The notes: generated by a model not told the origin, from the letters alone. DNA of 64,000 nucleotides from Eledone cirrhosa (GCA_964016885.1 OZ024741.1:65596001-65660000); one strand, 5' to 3'; positions 1 to 14,278 are shown, numbered from the stretch's first letter. Numbers and translations are program-made.

Positions 1-509
1 GATATTTCTAACAGGTCAAGCAATTACGTACAGGCTGCCCCCTCCTCACCACCACCACCACACACACACATACACACCCACGCACCCTCCATCACTCGAC
101 TTTAATTATATTGGTTGTGCAAAGAAGTGTAAAAATCAACAGGGATATCATTTCAATATCATGTCATATAAGAAGGGAAGTCTCCTATTACTATATCTTA
201 TTTTGAAAACCTAATATGGCCAGAGGGAGACAGAAGAAACACCAGAAAAAGAGAAGACACTTGGTCTTTTATTTCTTCCTTTCTTTCTTCTTTCTTTCTT
301 TCTTTCTTTGTATCTATGTCTTATTTATTGTAAACTTTGTTGTAGGCTAAGTTAATAAAAATTCAAATCTCTGGCCAAATGTTTGACAGTTGTTGATAAC
401 ATGGGCTGCAATAATAAGCATGGTGGGGTCTCACTTCATTGAGTCCAAACACCATTAAGGTCAGTCAACTTTGCCTTTTAGGGTTGATAAAATAAAGAAT
501 CCGTTCTGT

Positions 510-665
510 TCAGTCCAGTCCAGCCTGTTCAGTCCAGCCCAGTCCAGGCATTCCAGTCCCATAAAGTCCTGTCCTGCTAATCTTATCCAGTCAATCCAGT
601 CCAGCCAGTCCCATCAAGTCCTATCCAGTCCAGCTAATCTAGTCCAGCCAGCCAGCCAGTCCAGT
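510..665 (+). repeat. Degenerate (CAGTC)n pentamer tandem repeat
   Basis: cagtccagtccagcc motifs repeated throughout. Confidence 0.75.
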
Positions 666-2590
666 TGATAGGCAGTATTGTTAAAGTGGTTAATGAGATA
701 TCTTGTGGTATTTCCTCCAGTTCATTGCATTCTGAGTTCTCAAGTCCTCATCACTGTTTAACGTCCATTTTTCTATGCTTGCCTGGGTTGAACAGGTTGT
801 TACATTATGAAACGTCATGTTTTGCTCATATAGAACTGTTTTGGGCTTGGTTTTTATGGTTGAAGGCCAACCTTTACTAATGCCAACTACATTACAGCAT
901 AGACTAGAGGTTTTTATTGTGACACCAACACAACTATCTGACTGAATGGACTGAGTGCTTTTTGTCATGTGACCAGCACAATCACCATACAGGATGGACA
1001 GGGTGCTTTTTGTCATGTGATCAGCATGACTGCCTGATAGTGTAAACTGAATCAAGTGGATTAAAACTCGTTCATTTTAATGCCACCACCAGTTCCTTGC
1101 ATGACTTTAATGGAGGAATACATTGAGTTGCAGGCATTTGAACCAGGTCTCTGGTTTGAAGATAATTCCCCCCCCCCCCCTTCCTCCCTCCCACATGTCT
1201 TGGAAGCCCTGGAAAAATATAAAGGCACATAGTTGCTAGCCTTTCCTCCCTGAGTAAGCCCTAAAGAAAAAGGTTGTAATAAATAAGATATTTGCCTAAC
1301 AATCAAGTCCCAACCATCCTATCTTCTTTTATGGCACATTATATTTATCGTGTCTTTATTTTTAACATGGAAGGGAAAGATTTGTGAAAGATTGGGATGC
1401 TGTGTGTCATTTATGTGTATTGTCTTTTATTCTTTACTCATATAAAACAAGAATCCTTCACTGGCATCATGGGAAGAGTCTTGAGTGATTTCATCAGAGA
1501 TGTCTAAGACTTATTCTGAATGTTAACTGCTTCGTGTGGTCTCAAGACACAGAGATTTTTTAAGGCAGTCAACCTCTAGAATATTGATTCAATGGTACAC
1601 AAGCACTATTTATGTTGAGCAAGCCAACTCACGGAGGCCTAGTCAGTGCCTTTCATTATTCTAGGGGAGTAGTGGAGGCCATTGGAGAAAATACTGTGCA
1701 GTATTTAGTTAAGATTTTCTATGTTCTAAATTCAAATCACTCTGAGGTCAATTTTGCCTGCATCATCATTTTTACCTCCACTTTTCCATGCAGACATGGG
1801 TTGTATGGGATGTTTTGTGACAATGTTTTACAGCTGGATCTTCTTCCTGATGCCAACCCTTTTAAGTGCTTCTTATGACATGCAGATATATAGCATACTT
1901 ATTCTAAACCCTTGGATTATAATCAGAGGATCCCAAAGGTAATACTGTATGATGAGTTTGTATACAAAAAGTGTCCCTAACACAAACTTAGACTACATTT
2001 TAAGGAATGTGTAAAGTCCTTTATGAATTATTTCAAACGTGAAGACAACTGGGAAAGAAATGCTTTTCATCGCCACCTATGGAGAAAATGAATAAAGGGT
2101 GATGCAGATGTTTTTGAAAAAGTGTACATCTCCCATGAACAGTTTAGGCAAGCTGCACAAAAATAGACAATTTATGAAGTGGTTGGAGTAAACTTGGTCT
2201 GCGGTATTTGTCGTCATATATATCTTTCTAAAGCTGACTTGATTAGTGACCAAAAAATTCCTAAGGTCAGACAAAAGGTTGACTACAGTAAGTTCACAAC
2301 AATAGATTGTATAACATGTAGTTCATGTAAGAGAAAGAAAAGATCTAAAAATCTTTTAGAGGATTAAAAAGATATGGTGCTATACATAAGAATACACTTG
2401 GGTATACTTCTACATAAATATGCAGCTTTGTTTGTAATGTTTGCCAAATGATATGTAGGTGTTTGGTGGACTTAAAGAGCCAGTGTCGAAAATGCAATTC
2501 ATTTTTAAAGATCAGTGATGGTCTTCCTTGGACATGAGTGGATAGCCATCATATATATATGTGTGTGTGTGTATGTATATATATATATGT

Positions 2591-5500
2591 GTCATCATCA
2601 TCATCATCGTTTAACATCTATCTTCTACGCTTGCATGGGTTGGACGGGAGTTTTCCCACTTCAGGCAAGATTGGTTGTCCTGCTCGGATAGGACTGTCTG
2701 GCGGATTTTCTACGGCTGGATGCACTTCCTAACACCAACCACGTTTACAGTGTGGACTGGGAGGTTTTTACCATGTTACCTACACGGCCACATTACAGCA
2801 TGGACTGTGTTTTTTTTTGTCATGACACCTACACGACCTCATTTGTTTCGGACTGGATGTTGTGGTACCAATATAACTTCACATTTAAGGGGGTGGTGTG
2901 GATGGGGTGGGGGTAGTGGGAAGGGGGTGTATTTTGTTAGAGGTACCTACTGACTGTAGGTTTCACTTTGCACTTAGGCAAGGCGAGTCTTCTGTATAAC
3001 TGTGTAGCGCCAAAGATCTTGGTCCAGTGACATTGTCTTGGAGAGGTGTAAGTGTGTGAGGTCGGAATTTATCAAGTCGTCCCAGGTTTTTCTGGGTCTG
3101 CCTACTCCGTGGCTACCATCTATTTTTATCGCCCTGCATTTTTTTATACAGCTGTCGTGACCATACCAACGTAGTCTTCTCTCAAGTAAACAACATCTGA
3201 TCCCTCTTATTCCTAATTTCTCCCTTAGTTCGTTTATGCTTTGCCGTTCATGTATATTAATATTACACATCCAGCGGAGCATGCAAGCTTCGTTTCTCTC
3301 CAGTCTGCGTATATCCTCTGCACACAAGGCCCTGGTCTCACCGCCATGTAACATTGCTGTTCGTATGCAGGCATCATACAGCCTGCCTTTCATTTTTAGA
3401 GAGAACCATTTAGCGGCCAATAGTGGTATAAGCTCTCTGAACTTTTTCCATCCCGTTCTGACTCTAGCTACTGTACTTTCAGAGCACCCTCTCCCACTGC
3501 TGATTTTGTCACCCAGGTAACGGAAGGTGTCCATTATTTCTATAGAACCATCTGTGCAATGGAAGGAGCTAGTATTCTGTGGGCACTTGCTGCTACTTAT
3601 TGCACCAGAGCACCGGCCACATATAAAATCTATATTCTTAGTTAGCTTACCTGTGATCCCACTACACATTTTATGCACCCATACTTTGCATTTGGGACAT
3701 AAAATGGAGTTTCTGCATACTCCTTTCCTACACACTGAGCATGGCCATTTTCCAGATGGGACCGGTGCGCTATTTTCCTTCCTACAAACTAGAACTTTAG
3801 TCTTAGACAAGTTAACTTTAAGGCCTTTTGATTCTATGCCATGCTTCCATGTTTGGAATTTCTTCTCTAGTTCAGCCATTGATTCAGCTATGAGCATTAG
3901 TTCATCTGCGTATAGGAGTTCCCATGGGCAGCCAGTCTTGAACTCCTCTGTTATAGCCTGAAGGGCAATAATAAATAATAGGGGGCTAAGAACGGAGCCC
4001 TGATGAACACCAACTTTTACGCTAAACTCTTCACTATATTCGTTGTTAATTCTAACCTTGCTGACTGTTTCTTTATACATGGCTTGTATAGCTCTCACAA
4101 GCCATTCATCAACACCTAGTTTTCTAAGAGCCCACCAGATAATGGAGCGGGGGACTCTGTCAAAGGCTTTCTCCGAGTCAACAAAAGCTAAGTATAGGGG
4201 TTTACTTTTAGCTAGGTACTTCTCCTGTAGTTGTCGTACAATGAAAAGAGCATCTGTGGTACTTTTACCTGACACAAACCTGAACTGCATTTCATCTAGA
4301 TCAATTCGATCTCTGATTAGTTGCACTATTACTTTTTCTGTGACCTTCATGACCTGGTCGATTAATTTAATGCCTCTATAGTTACCCCTATCTAGGGCAT
4401 CTCCTTTACCCTTGTAGCAGTTAATGATGATGCTGCTACGCCAGTCTTTCGGAACGGCCCCATTCTGTATGACTTGGTTTACTATCCGGGTGACCATAGT
4501 GTGTCCCACTGTTCCAGATGCTTTCAGCATTTCAGCAACTATTTCCGAAGGCCCAGCCGCCTTACCTGTCTTCATATCTTTGATTGCCTTACTTATTATA
4601 CTACCTTCAACTAGCACTGCTGGTCCCTCTATTGGATCGATGTGGGGGAGACTGTCTTTCTCCCATTTATTCTCCTCATTTAGTAGCCTTTCGTAGTGAC
4701 ACTTCCAAGCTACCTTCTTATCAGTGTCAGTGATGGCAAGTACACCATCATCATTAAGAACACACTTCTCCCCGACAAGATCATGGTTTTCCTTGACACA
4801 TTGCCTAACAATCCTGAACACCTCATGTTTTGGGTCCTCGCGTTGTAGAACATGCTTGAACTTTCTTTCCTCTGCTTCCCTTCTTGCGAATTACACTTAT
4901 CTCCTAGCTTCCCTCCTGGCCACTTGATAGTCTTCTCTACTTCCCCCATCCCGCCATACTTTCCAAGCCTGCTTTTTGGCCTTAATTGATTCCTCCACCT
5001 AGTAAGGTGGAGGTTCCACCACCACGTTACTCTCCTCCTGCCTATAGGCCTGCTCCAGCCATAGACTTCATCTGCCACCTTCAGCAGGTTAGCTTTCAGG
5101 AAATTCCCACTGTTCCTCTATACTGTACGACTCTAATTGCTCTTCCTTACTGTCGAAAGCATCAAGTAATATGCTTTTAAATTTATTACTGACTGTGGGG
5201 TCCTTTAGCTTCCATATTTATCTCCTGAGGATAGTCCTCCTCTGTTGTCGAGTACGTCTTGTCTTGACTATGAGGTCGCTGACTATGAGTCTATGTTGGG
5301 AGGTGCATTCTGCATGGGGGAGGGATTTAGTGTTTACAACAGACACTCTATCACGTCTTCTGGTAAAGATATAATCTATCTGACTGGCGTGTTCCCCTGA
5401 TCTATAGGTGATCAAGTGATTGTCTCGTTTTTTGAAGTTAGTGTTACAGATAGTTAGGTTATTTGCATCACAGAATTGCAGGATTCTGGAGCCTTCCTCA

Positions 5501-6170
5501 TTTCTAGTACCAAACCCATAGCCTCCATGGATTCCGTCATAGCCGTCACAATGTTGTCCAACGTTACCATTTAGGTCACCAGCAATTATTATGTAGTCAC
5601 TGTCAGTTATTTGGGAGGTAGTGAGCATCAATGTCTCATAGAATCTGTCTTTTATAGCGCCAGGCAGTCCGGATTGGGGTGCATACGCAGATATTACTGT
5701 CACAGTAGTTCTATTTAGGACAAGTCTTATTTTAATTATTCTGTTGTTCACTCTATTTATGTCTATTATCTTATCTACCCATTTTTCTGCTAACATGATT
5801 CCTTCCCCACCCAGCCCATTGTCATTTTCCCCCCCAGAAAAGCTTATAGCATCGGTTTTTTTACCCACAATGAATCTAGCAGACCCACCCCTCCACCTGG
5901 TCTCTTAGATACAGCAAACATCAACCTCCTTACGTTCAAGCATTTCTACAACCTCGTTAGAGCGACTTTTTAAGGTGCCTACATTCATGGTACCAACTCT
6001 GAAGTTTTGGATTGCATTTGGTGGGTGGGAACGGTGGGGCGCGGGGAGAGGTGAGGGGGATGGGTTTGGGGTTATGTTGGCCATCCGCGGCCGAAACAAA
6101 GAGGAGGAGTCCTTGTCTTTTCGTCCGGCAGCATGAGGTGAATTTGTCTTTATCTTTGGCATTGTCACTG
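2591..6170 (-). mobile_element. Near-full-length, decayed RTE-clade LINE (APE endonuclease + RT, 3' UTR, (GAT)n tail)
   Basis: APE motifs in ORFs 5905-6168 and 5218-5868 (TMNVGTL, SAYAPQ, AGDLN, IDYI, SQHRLI). RT in 2974-4821 ([47 protein letters not shown]). (ATC)n tail on + at 2592-2608. Frameshifts separate the domains. Confidence 0.93.
2974..4821 (-). pseudogene. RTE ORF RT portion with embedded C4HC3 finger; YADD mutated to YADE
   Basis: ORF track. Sister copies at 54121 and 61483 have YADD and the HVMRMKDD-type segment that is deleted here. Confidence 0.88.
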
Positions 6171-6245
6171 AGTGTCCAGATTATATATGTATAATACAAT
6201 CTGGACACTGAGTGTCCAGATTGTATATATATATATATATGTATG

Positions 6246-6287
<42 letters not shown>

Positions 6288-6415
6288 TTAGTGCATATGT
6301 GTGTGCTTTTAGTCTACTTTCTCTCTCAATTCCCTTCTGACTTATTACCATGACAATTTAACCCACTTGCATTGCATGGCTTTCTAAACAAACAGACTTT
6401 TCAGTTTTATATAAC

Positions 6416-6447
<32 letters not shown>

Positions 6448-6976
6448 GACACAGACACACACACACAATTTCCATAAAGCTGTTTACAGCAATCCGGTCA
6501 ACAATGGCTAGAACTGTAAGCACCATTACCATCATCATCATCACCCCTAACAGAAGCAATGGCAGCAATTTTAATCATATTTCTGTCAACAATACTTGGC
6601 GAAAGTAATTATCACAACAGAGCTAGCTAAATCCTAACCAGATGGTAATCTCTTTATGATTAATGATTAACAATTAACATAGACTTAAAGGCTCTTAACT
6701 TATGAATACTGGAATATTAGCAATGTGTGATTGAGGGTTGTGGAAGTGGGTGTTGTTGTAATCACAGTCTTGTTAGCTGTGATTAATTTGTGAGACATTA
6801 TTCTCTGCACGATAACAAGATATCTTGTGGCTGGTCAACAGAAATAAGTATAATTATGAAGAGAGAGAGAGAGAGAGACTGGTTCAAGTCATGTCACCCA
6901 ATCCAGTTGAATTGTTTAAAAGTCATTGCTGAAATATTGGAATTAATATAGTTATCATCATCATCGTTGTTAAGAG

Positions 6977-8030
6977 TGGTGGATTGGCAGCATCGGTAGA
7001 GCATCAGCATAGATTTACAGCCCTTTACGTTCTGTATTCAAATCCCACTGAGGTTAGCTTTGCCTTTCATCATTACGGAGTCAAAAAATAAAACACCAGT
7101 AATGCACTGGGGTCGATTTAATCAACTTCTCCGGCTCTTTAAATTGCTGGCCTTGTGCCTAAAGTAGAAACTTTTATCATTGTTGTTGTGGTTTTTATAA
7201 TCTACACTGTCATCATTATTGTCTTTATCATAAAGTACCAGTAATGCACTGGGTAATTGCTGGCCTTGTGCCTAAAGTAGAAACAATTATTGTCTTTATC
7301 ATTGAGAGCAGCAGATCAGAACATTTGACAAAATACTGTGCTGTATTTAGTTATGCCTTTCTATGTTCTGAATTCAAATCCCACTCAGGTCAACTTTGCC
7401 TTTCCAAGGTCAATAAAATAAAGTACTAGTCCAGTACTGGGATCAATTTAACTAATTTTCCTCTCCTCCCTAGCCTTGTGACTTTGTTAGAAACCATTAT
7501 TCTTATTAAGTGCTTTTTGCATAGAGTTACGGCCCTTTGCGTTCTGAGTTCAAATCCCGAGGTTAGCTTTGCCTTTCATCCTTACGGGGTCGATAAAATA
7601 AAGTACCAGTAATGTACTGGGTAATTGGTGGCCTTGTGCCAAAAGTAGAAACAATTATTATATGTTTACCTTCCATGCATGCATGGGTTGGATGGGGCAT
7701 TATGATTGACTGGGGAACCATGTCTTAATCTTACATTAATTGACTTTCCCTTCCCCCTTCAAATTGCTGGTCTTGTGCCTAAAGTAGAAACCATTTTTAT
7801 TATAAAGTGTGACATATTAGCAGAATTGGTATACAGTCAGATAAAATACCATTGCAGAATTTGTTCTAGCTATTTATGTTCTGAGTTCAAATTCCACCAA
7901 GGTCAACTTTGCTTTTCATCCTTCCGGGGTCAATAAAATAAAATACCAGTTCAGAATTGTAGTCAATATAATCAACTTTCCTCTCCCCCCAAATTGCTGA
8001 CCTAGTATCAAATGCTAGAAAGAATTTTTA
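6977..8030 (+). mobile_element. Head-to-tail cluster of tRNA-derived SINE family 1 (about 4-5 full/partial copies)
   Basis: A-box-like tggcagcatcgg, B-box-like gttcaaatccc, core aactttgcctttcatcc...gtcgataaaataaagtaccag, end ggccttgtgcc.aaagtagaaac followed by (att)n. Confidence 0.85.
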
Positions 8031-8337
8031 TTATCATTTGTAGTATTATTTTTTCTTAGCAATCTTTTTTTATTCTGTTAAATATCATCATCATATCCAT
8101 TATCAGCATATCTATGGCTATTAATCATAGTCACCACTACACTCTGTGGTGTCAACACAACCATCAAATAATCCCCAAATTCATTCTCATCTTCATCATA
8201 TTTCTCATTGTCTTCATTGTAATTCCGTTTGAGCAAGGTATGGCGCGGCTAGTGAGCCAGATTTGTTTCATAACGCAGACGACCTGACCTGTCTAACACA
8301 TGCAAGCATGGAAAGATAGACATTAAACAATGATGAT

Positions 8338-8527
8338 ACTATATATACTCAAATATAAGCTATTCCAAATATAAGCTGTCTCTCTGTTTAATGTCTGAGA
8401 AATAAGTGAAAATCCAAACTCCATTTATAAACCAATCAACACATTGTTTAGATGGCATTTATAAGCCAACCTCCCATTTTACCATCGTTGGTCACATATT
8501 CCTCAGCTTATATTCCAGTATATATGG
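8338..8527. mobile_element. Tc1/pogo-type MITE
   Basis: Terminal inverted repeats tatatactcaaatataagct / agcttatattccagtatata; no coding capacity. Confidence 0.55.
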
Positions 8528-9397
8528 TAATCATTATTGTCCTCATTACCAGCACTAGTATCTTTTATGTTGAAGGTACGTGGTCTAGTGGTTAAGGTGT
8601 TCAGCTCACAATCATAATGTTGCAGATGTTATCCTCAAGCTGGGTAATGTATTGTGTTCTTGATCAAAGCACTTCATTTTATGTTGTTCCAACTCAAATG
8701 AAAACTTGTACCACAAGCAGCTGGAGGACTTAATCCTACAATGGACTGGCGTCCTCTCCATGTAGGGAGTAATTTACTCTGTCACTTAACACCAATAAAA
8801 CCAGGATATACTCCAACCTGATGAGCCTCTCTCTACCTTGAAACCTTTTAACCTTCCATATTCTAAATTTGAATCTCATGGAAGTCAAATTCAGTTTTAT
8901 TTATCTTACATAAAGTATGCATTATTCTTTACTTGAAACATTAAACTAAATATATATTGTGTTAAATCTCTGATTCACTGTTGTTTTTATTTTTTCAAAT
9001 AAGAACTTCACAAAATCAGGTCAGTAATATATTGTAGATTTCTAAATGTTTCTCAGTCTGTATGTCCCATCTCTTCTCCCATCATGTTTTAAGTATCTCT
9101 TTCTACTCCTCATTATACATCCATCTCCTCACTCTTTTCCTTTTGTATGTAGCTATCACTTGCTCTTTCACTACCACCACAGTGTTAAATCACCCTCTTT
9201 TACTATTCTACCTCTTACTGCCACTTACCCTCTCCTTCTCTCATATTATTACCACTTTCTACTTCCACTTACCTTCCTTGCACACACATACAAATATATA
9301 TATACACACGCACATATATATATATTATATATACACACACATATGTACACACACACACACATACATACATACATACATACATACATACATACATACA

Positions 9398-9429
<32 letters not shown>

Positions 9430-10162
9430 CAATCAACACAGATGCTCTGTGATGTATTACTTAATATACATATATACACTCATGTGCACATGCATACATA
9501 CTTTTGAATTTTAGGTGGACTAATTTTAGTTCATTTAGCTGTAATCATGAAAAGATAGAAGTTTTTTTTGCGGAAGTCTTTTTCTTAGTTCCTGATTTAA
9601 CTGACCTATGATCAAAGACATCTTTTAGTATCTAAAAATAAATTACTAGTGCATATTTCCCTTTTTTAAGATGATAAGGTTTGATATGGTGAAGATTTGG
9701 CTGCTATTTCAAGCAGGGCAATTAACTACATCATGGCTTCCACATTTTGTGGGATTGTGGTGCAAGACATACTCAGAAGGATTAACATAACTGAACATGA
9801 ATGGAGTCTGACAAGTGATTCTATTTATCACACACCCATATATATAATAATAATGAAATTATTGTGTACAGTGCTCAGGTGCACTACAACAGTCCATTGT
9901 AGGATTAAGTCCTCCAGCTGCTTGTGGTACAAGTTTTCATTTGAGTTGGAACAACATAAAATGAAGTGCTTTGATCAAGAACACAATACATTACCCAGCT
10001 TGAGGATAACATCTGCAACATTATGATTGTGAGCTGAACACCTTAACCACTAGACCACGTACCTTCAACATAAAAGATACTAGTGCTGGTAATGAGAACA
10101 ATAATGATTACCATATATACTGGAATATAAGCTGAGGAATATGTGACCAAAAATCGATGGTA
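8480..10162. repeat. Long near-perfect inverted duplication (arms 8480-8748 and 9890-10162)
   Basis: Arms are reverse complements over about 270 bp, with about 1 substitution and a small indel near the outer end. Confidence 0.92.
8573..8830 (+). mobile_element. tRNA-derived SINE family 2, diverged
   Basis: ggtacgtggtctagtggttaag head and tgtgttcttgatcaaagcacttcattt body, related to copies at 22390 and 59429. Confidence 0.65.
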
Positions 10163-10747
10163 TGTGGGATAAATAACCATAATTATTCTTTTGGTGTTTA
10201 ACCCTTAGAGATTAAAACTTACTGATGTTTCTTACTCTAAAGAAGGGGGAAAATTGTTATAAGACGCACAATGAATAGGGGTACTACTTTTTTAAAATTC
10301 TGTAAAAAATTATTTCAATCTCAAAGAACTGTAAATGTCTACTCTTTAAAATATTGGCTCTTTTATTATTATTACTTTTTCCTAACAAAAAACTTGCAGG
10401 CCAATAGTCCTCTTATAAGGGTTAACCATTTTATGATCATATTTCTAATTAAATACTCTGTAATTTACTGTATTTAATGAAGAATTTGTTTGGGATTAAC
10501 TAAAATTATTTATTTCATTTTTAGGATGATAATTTGTAACTTAATTTATCAAAGCCTTTGCTATTTTGTCTGCAGGGTGCAACCGAAACACCACTCTGAC
10601 TTAGGTGTAGAGTCTGCTACCCTCTTCCCTCTCCCTTTTATTTTGTTGCTTAATAATCCTTGTCCTTTCCCTTCTTTTCCTCTCATTTATAGTCTTTTGC
10701 AATGTTACTTTCTTTTTCTTTGATAGATTTCTATTGATTTGATTATA

Positions 10748-10965
10748 TAAACACTCCTTGATTTCAAATACTTAAATGAATATTCTTACAATATTGGTGG
10801 CTACAGTTGCATAAACTAATAAAAAGGGACACACATCGAGTGTCTATGATATCAACAAATACCACATGAAACTTTGTTAATTTATACAACTGTAGTCACC
10901 AATATTGTAAGAATATTCATTTGTTTTCATATTTGAAATGAGGGATGTTTTTGTGGTCACCCTGT
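10748..10965. mobile_element. Palindromic MITE-like element
   Basis: aaatgaatattcttacaatattggtggctacagttg pairs with caactgtagtcaccaatattgtaagaatattcattt; right end caccctgt is mariner-like. Confidence 0.65.
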
Positions 10966-11559
10966 GTATTAAATAAATTGTGTTTATATGTACAAAATGG
11001 AATATTATCAAAAGGTTCTTACATAAAATTATGTTGGAAGGCTAATTTAAACAGGAGTACTTTAAAATGGGTGGCATTGTTATATAGAAATTAGAAGTAG
11101 TTTGGGGCAGGTTAGTATCAAAAGGATTAATAAACATTTTAACTGTGTTGTTTGGGTCATAAGAAAAGAATATCTATCAACAAATGGTGTCTATTCATAT
11201 TATCATGTGCTGACTGTTGTTACATTATTGTTTAACTTAATGGCTCATTAAATCTTGTGCAAATGGCTGACTGGCTAGCCAGCCCTGCCCAGCTGTTAGC
11301 CAGAGCAGTTGTTAGTTTACATGACCTCCATAGGTTACAGGCCTCCTCATAAAGCATTCTATTGTATTGGGTGGTTGTAGTGCTATTATTATAGCAGTTG
11401 TTCTTAAGGCTGCTGCTGTTTTTACTGATGAAGTCAATGAATAACGTAGTAATATGTTAATGTTTAGAACAAATTAAACTCTGTAAACTGCTCTTTTTTT
11501 CTTTTCCTTAAACAGGGCAGTGCCAGTTTATGTTACCAGTATTTCATAAATTGTAGGAA

Positions 11560-11885
11560 GTGGATTGGCTGAGTTATTCGAATGGCAGATAGAATGCTTT
11601 GCAATATTAATTCCAGTTCTCTGTGCTCTGAGTTTGAAACCTACTGAGGTCAACTTTGCCTTTCAACTTTTCAAGGTCGATAAAAATAGTGTCAATCCAA
11701 TGCTGGGGTAGATTCTTTCTCACTTCCCTTCTATCACTCGTTCTCTCCTTCTAGAAGAGATCTACTGTGTTCAGACCTGGAGAGAAGATGCATTTTGCCA
11801 GGTTTAAAACATACCCAAGACACACCGTATGTCACTATAGCGCTCCTATAACTCCACTAGGAGTTATGGATACATACATACATTT
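11560..11885 (+). mobile_element. SINE with family-1 head/core and a different 3' tail (relatives at about 15000-15255 and 15810-16105)
   Basis: Core gaggtcaactttgcctttca followed by tail ...agacctggagag...ccaggttt...gtatgtcactatag, shared with 15930-16100. Confidence 0.6.
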
Positions 11886-11989
11886 TATAAATATTTGGGG
11901 GTAAAGGTAAATGTCACAAACCCATTTTCTTACACTCAGCCTGGTTAATTGAATACTTCAAACCTATTGAAAAAAATTCTTTCATTGGT

Positions 11990-12640
11990 TTGACTGGAAA
12001 ATAGGGGACAGTGTCCATGAATCTTCAACACCTCCCCAGAATTGTGATGTTAACTGGATTATAGTGAGCAGCATTCATACATCTTGTAGGAGTTTCTGGA
12101 ACAGTGATGTTAACTGGATGATAGAGATCAGTGTCTATACCTCTTGGATGATCCCTTCAGTATAGTGATGTTAACTGGGTGACAGGGAGTGGTGTCATAT
12201 TGGAGGAACTCCCAGAATGGTGATAGTAACTAGATAATAGAGAGCAGTGTCCATACCTCTTGGATAATGGGGTAATGGGGTAATGGGGAGTGGTGTCCTT
12301 TTGGAGGAATCTCCCAGAATGGTTATATTAACTGGGTAACAAAAAGCAGTGTTCATGGCTCTTGGCAGATTTCCAAGAATGATGATGGTTGGATGACAAA
12401 GAGTGGTGTCCTTTGGAGGACCTCCCTGAAAAGTGTTAGTAACTGAGTAACAGGGAATGGTGTTCTCTTGGAGGAACTCCCAGAATGGTTACAGTAACTG
12501 GATAGTAGAGATCAGTGTCAATGACTCTTGAATAACTCACCAGCATGGTGATGTTAACTGAGTGATAGAGAGCAGTGTCCATATCTCTTGGTGGACTACC
12601 AAAAATGATGTTAACTGGGATATAGTGAGTGGTGACCATA
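11990..12640 (+). repeat. Diverged minisatellite, about 57-62 bp period with alternating subunits
   Basis: Recurring tgatgttaactgg followed alternately by agagcagtgtccat..ctcttgg and gggagtggtgtc..ttggaggaactcccagaat. Confidence 0.8.
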
Positions 12641-12960
12641 GAGACACCATAGTTTACATAGATTCCTGAATTTACACAAGGCTACTGAGATTCTTTAATA
12701 GGGCTTCAATGTTACAGAATATGTAAAGTAGAAATGGAATCAAAGTGTTATTAATAATACTTTGATTATATTACAGAGGTGTGTGTGTAAATTGTATATA
12801 TATGTATGTGTGTGTGTGTGTGTATTATTTATATGTTTGTGTGTGTGAGTATGTATATAATATATCTAACCCATGCTAGCGTGGAAGAACGAACGTAAAA
12901 CGGTGATGATGATGATGTGTGTGTGTGTACATTATATATATATGTGTGCGAGTGTACATC

Positions 12961-13150
12961 GGTGGATTGGCAGTATCGGTAGAAGGTCGGACGCCATGCT
13001 TTGACGCATAGAGTTATGGCCCTTATCATTCTGAGTTCAAATCCTGCCGAGGTTAACTTTGCCTTTCATCCTTACAGGGTCGATAAAATAAAGTACCAGT
13101 AATGTACTGGGTAATTGCTGGCCTTGTGCAAAAAGTAGAAACAATTATAT
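12961..13150 (+). mobile_element. tRNA-derived SINE family 1, well preserved
   Basis: ggtggattggcagtatcggtagaaggtcggacgcc...gagttcaaatcctgccgagg...aaagtagaaacaattat. Confidence 0.9.
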
Positions 13151-13317
13151 ATATCTGTGTGTGTGTATGTACATTATATATATGTTTGTGTGTGTGTGCA
13201 TTATTTATGTTTGTGTGTGTGTGTATGTATATTATATATATATGTGTGTATGTATGTATATTATATATATACATATGTGTATGTATATTATATATATATG
13301 TGTGTGTGTATGTATAT

Positions 13318-13349
<32 letters not shown>

Positions 13350-13632
13350 AGTGTACATTATATATATGTATCTGTGTGTGTACATTATATATATGTTTGT
13401 GTGTGTACATTATATATATATATGTTTGTGTGTGTGCATTATATATACGTGTGTGTGCATTATATATATATACGTGTGTGTGCATTATATATATATATAC
13501 ATGTGTGTATATTATATATATCTCTGTCTGTGCATTATATATATGTTTGTGTGTGTGTACATTATATATATATATATGTTTGTGTGTGTGTGTGTGTACA
13601 TTATATATATATATATGTTTGTGTGTGTGCAT
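13150..13632 (+). repeat. Compound microsatellite/minisatellite (cattatatatatatgtttgtgtgtgtg)n
   Basis: Directly visible. Confidence 0.85.
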
Positions 13633-14042
13633 TGCCATGATAAACTTCACTCAGTAGAGCATGGCAACATATATAAATCAAATGCGAGCCTCCTGCCTAT
13701 TTGAACATCCAATAGAATACGGGGAAAATATGTAAGCAAGATGCTGGCCCCTAGCCATCAAAGAGGTCAGTAGCACAGCTTGAGTAGAGATTCAATTTGT
13801 GACAACCTGTCCAACCATTACTGGTAGGGAAAAGGGTTATTAAATAACGATGATCAAGATTATATGTGTGTATGTATATGTGTGTATGTATGAGTGTGTA
13901 ATAGAGAGAGAAAGAGAGAGAGAGTTGCATTGCAGACCAGTTTCCAAAGTATACAAGCATGAAATATGAGACTGTAAAACCTAAACCAAGGATGATGATA
14001 ATTAAGACATGATCTGAATGTTGAGAGTAAAATTTATCTGAC

Positions 14043-14108
14043 GCTGTTATTCTAGAGTATTTAGCTGTTATTCTAGAGTATTTAGCTGTTATTCTAGAGT
14101 ATTTAGCT
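14043..14108 (+). repeat. Three copies of a 21-bp tandem repeat gctgttattctagagtattta
   Basis: Directly visible. Confidence 0.9.
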
Positions 14109-14278
14109 CAATATCCTCTTTTTTCTTTTCATTTTATTAATTATTATTTTTTCTTTTCATTTTATTAATTTTTATTTTTTTTTATATTTAAGTAATTACA
14201 TAATTACAAATTATAGATCATCATCAGCGTGGCCTCAGCTGGATGGCTGAAACAGGTAAAAGAGTATATATATATATC

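Noticed and set aside
3236-4696. ORFs antisense to the RTE RT (also 36840-37286, 54345-55070, 61707-62648)
   Set aside because: Shadow frames of the LINE ORF.
11990-12640. Regularly spaced repeats resembling a CRISPR array
   Set aside because: The 'spacers' are themselves homologous, repeats are degenerate, the context is eukaryotic and no cas genes are present.
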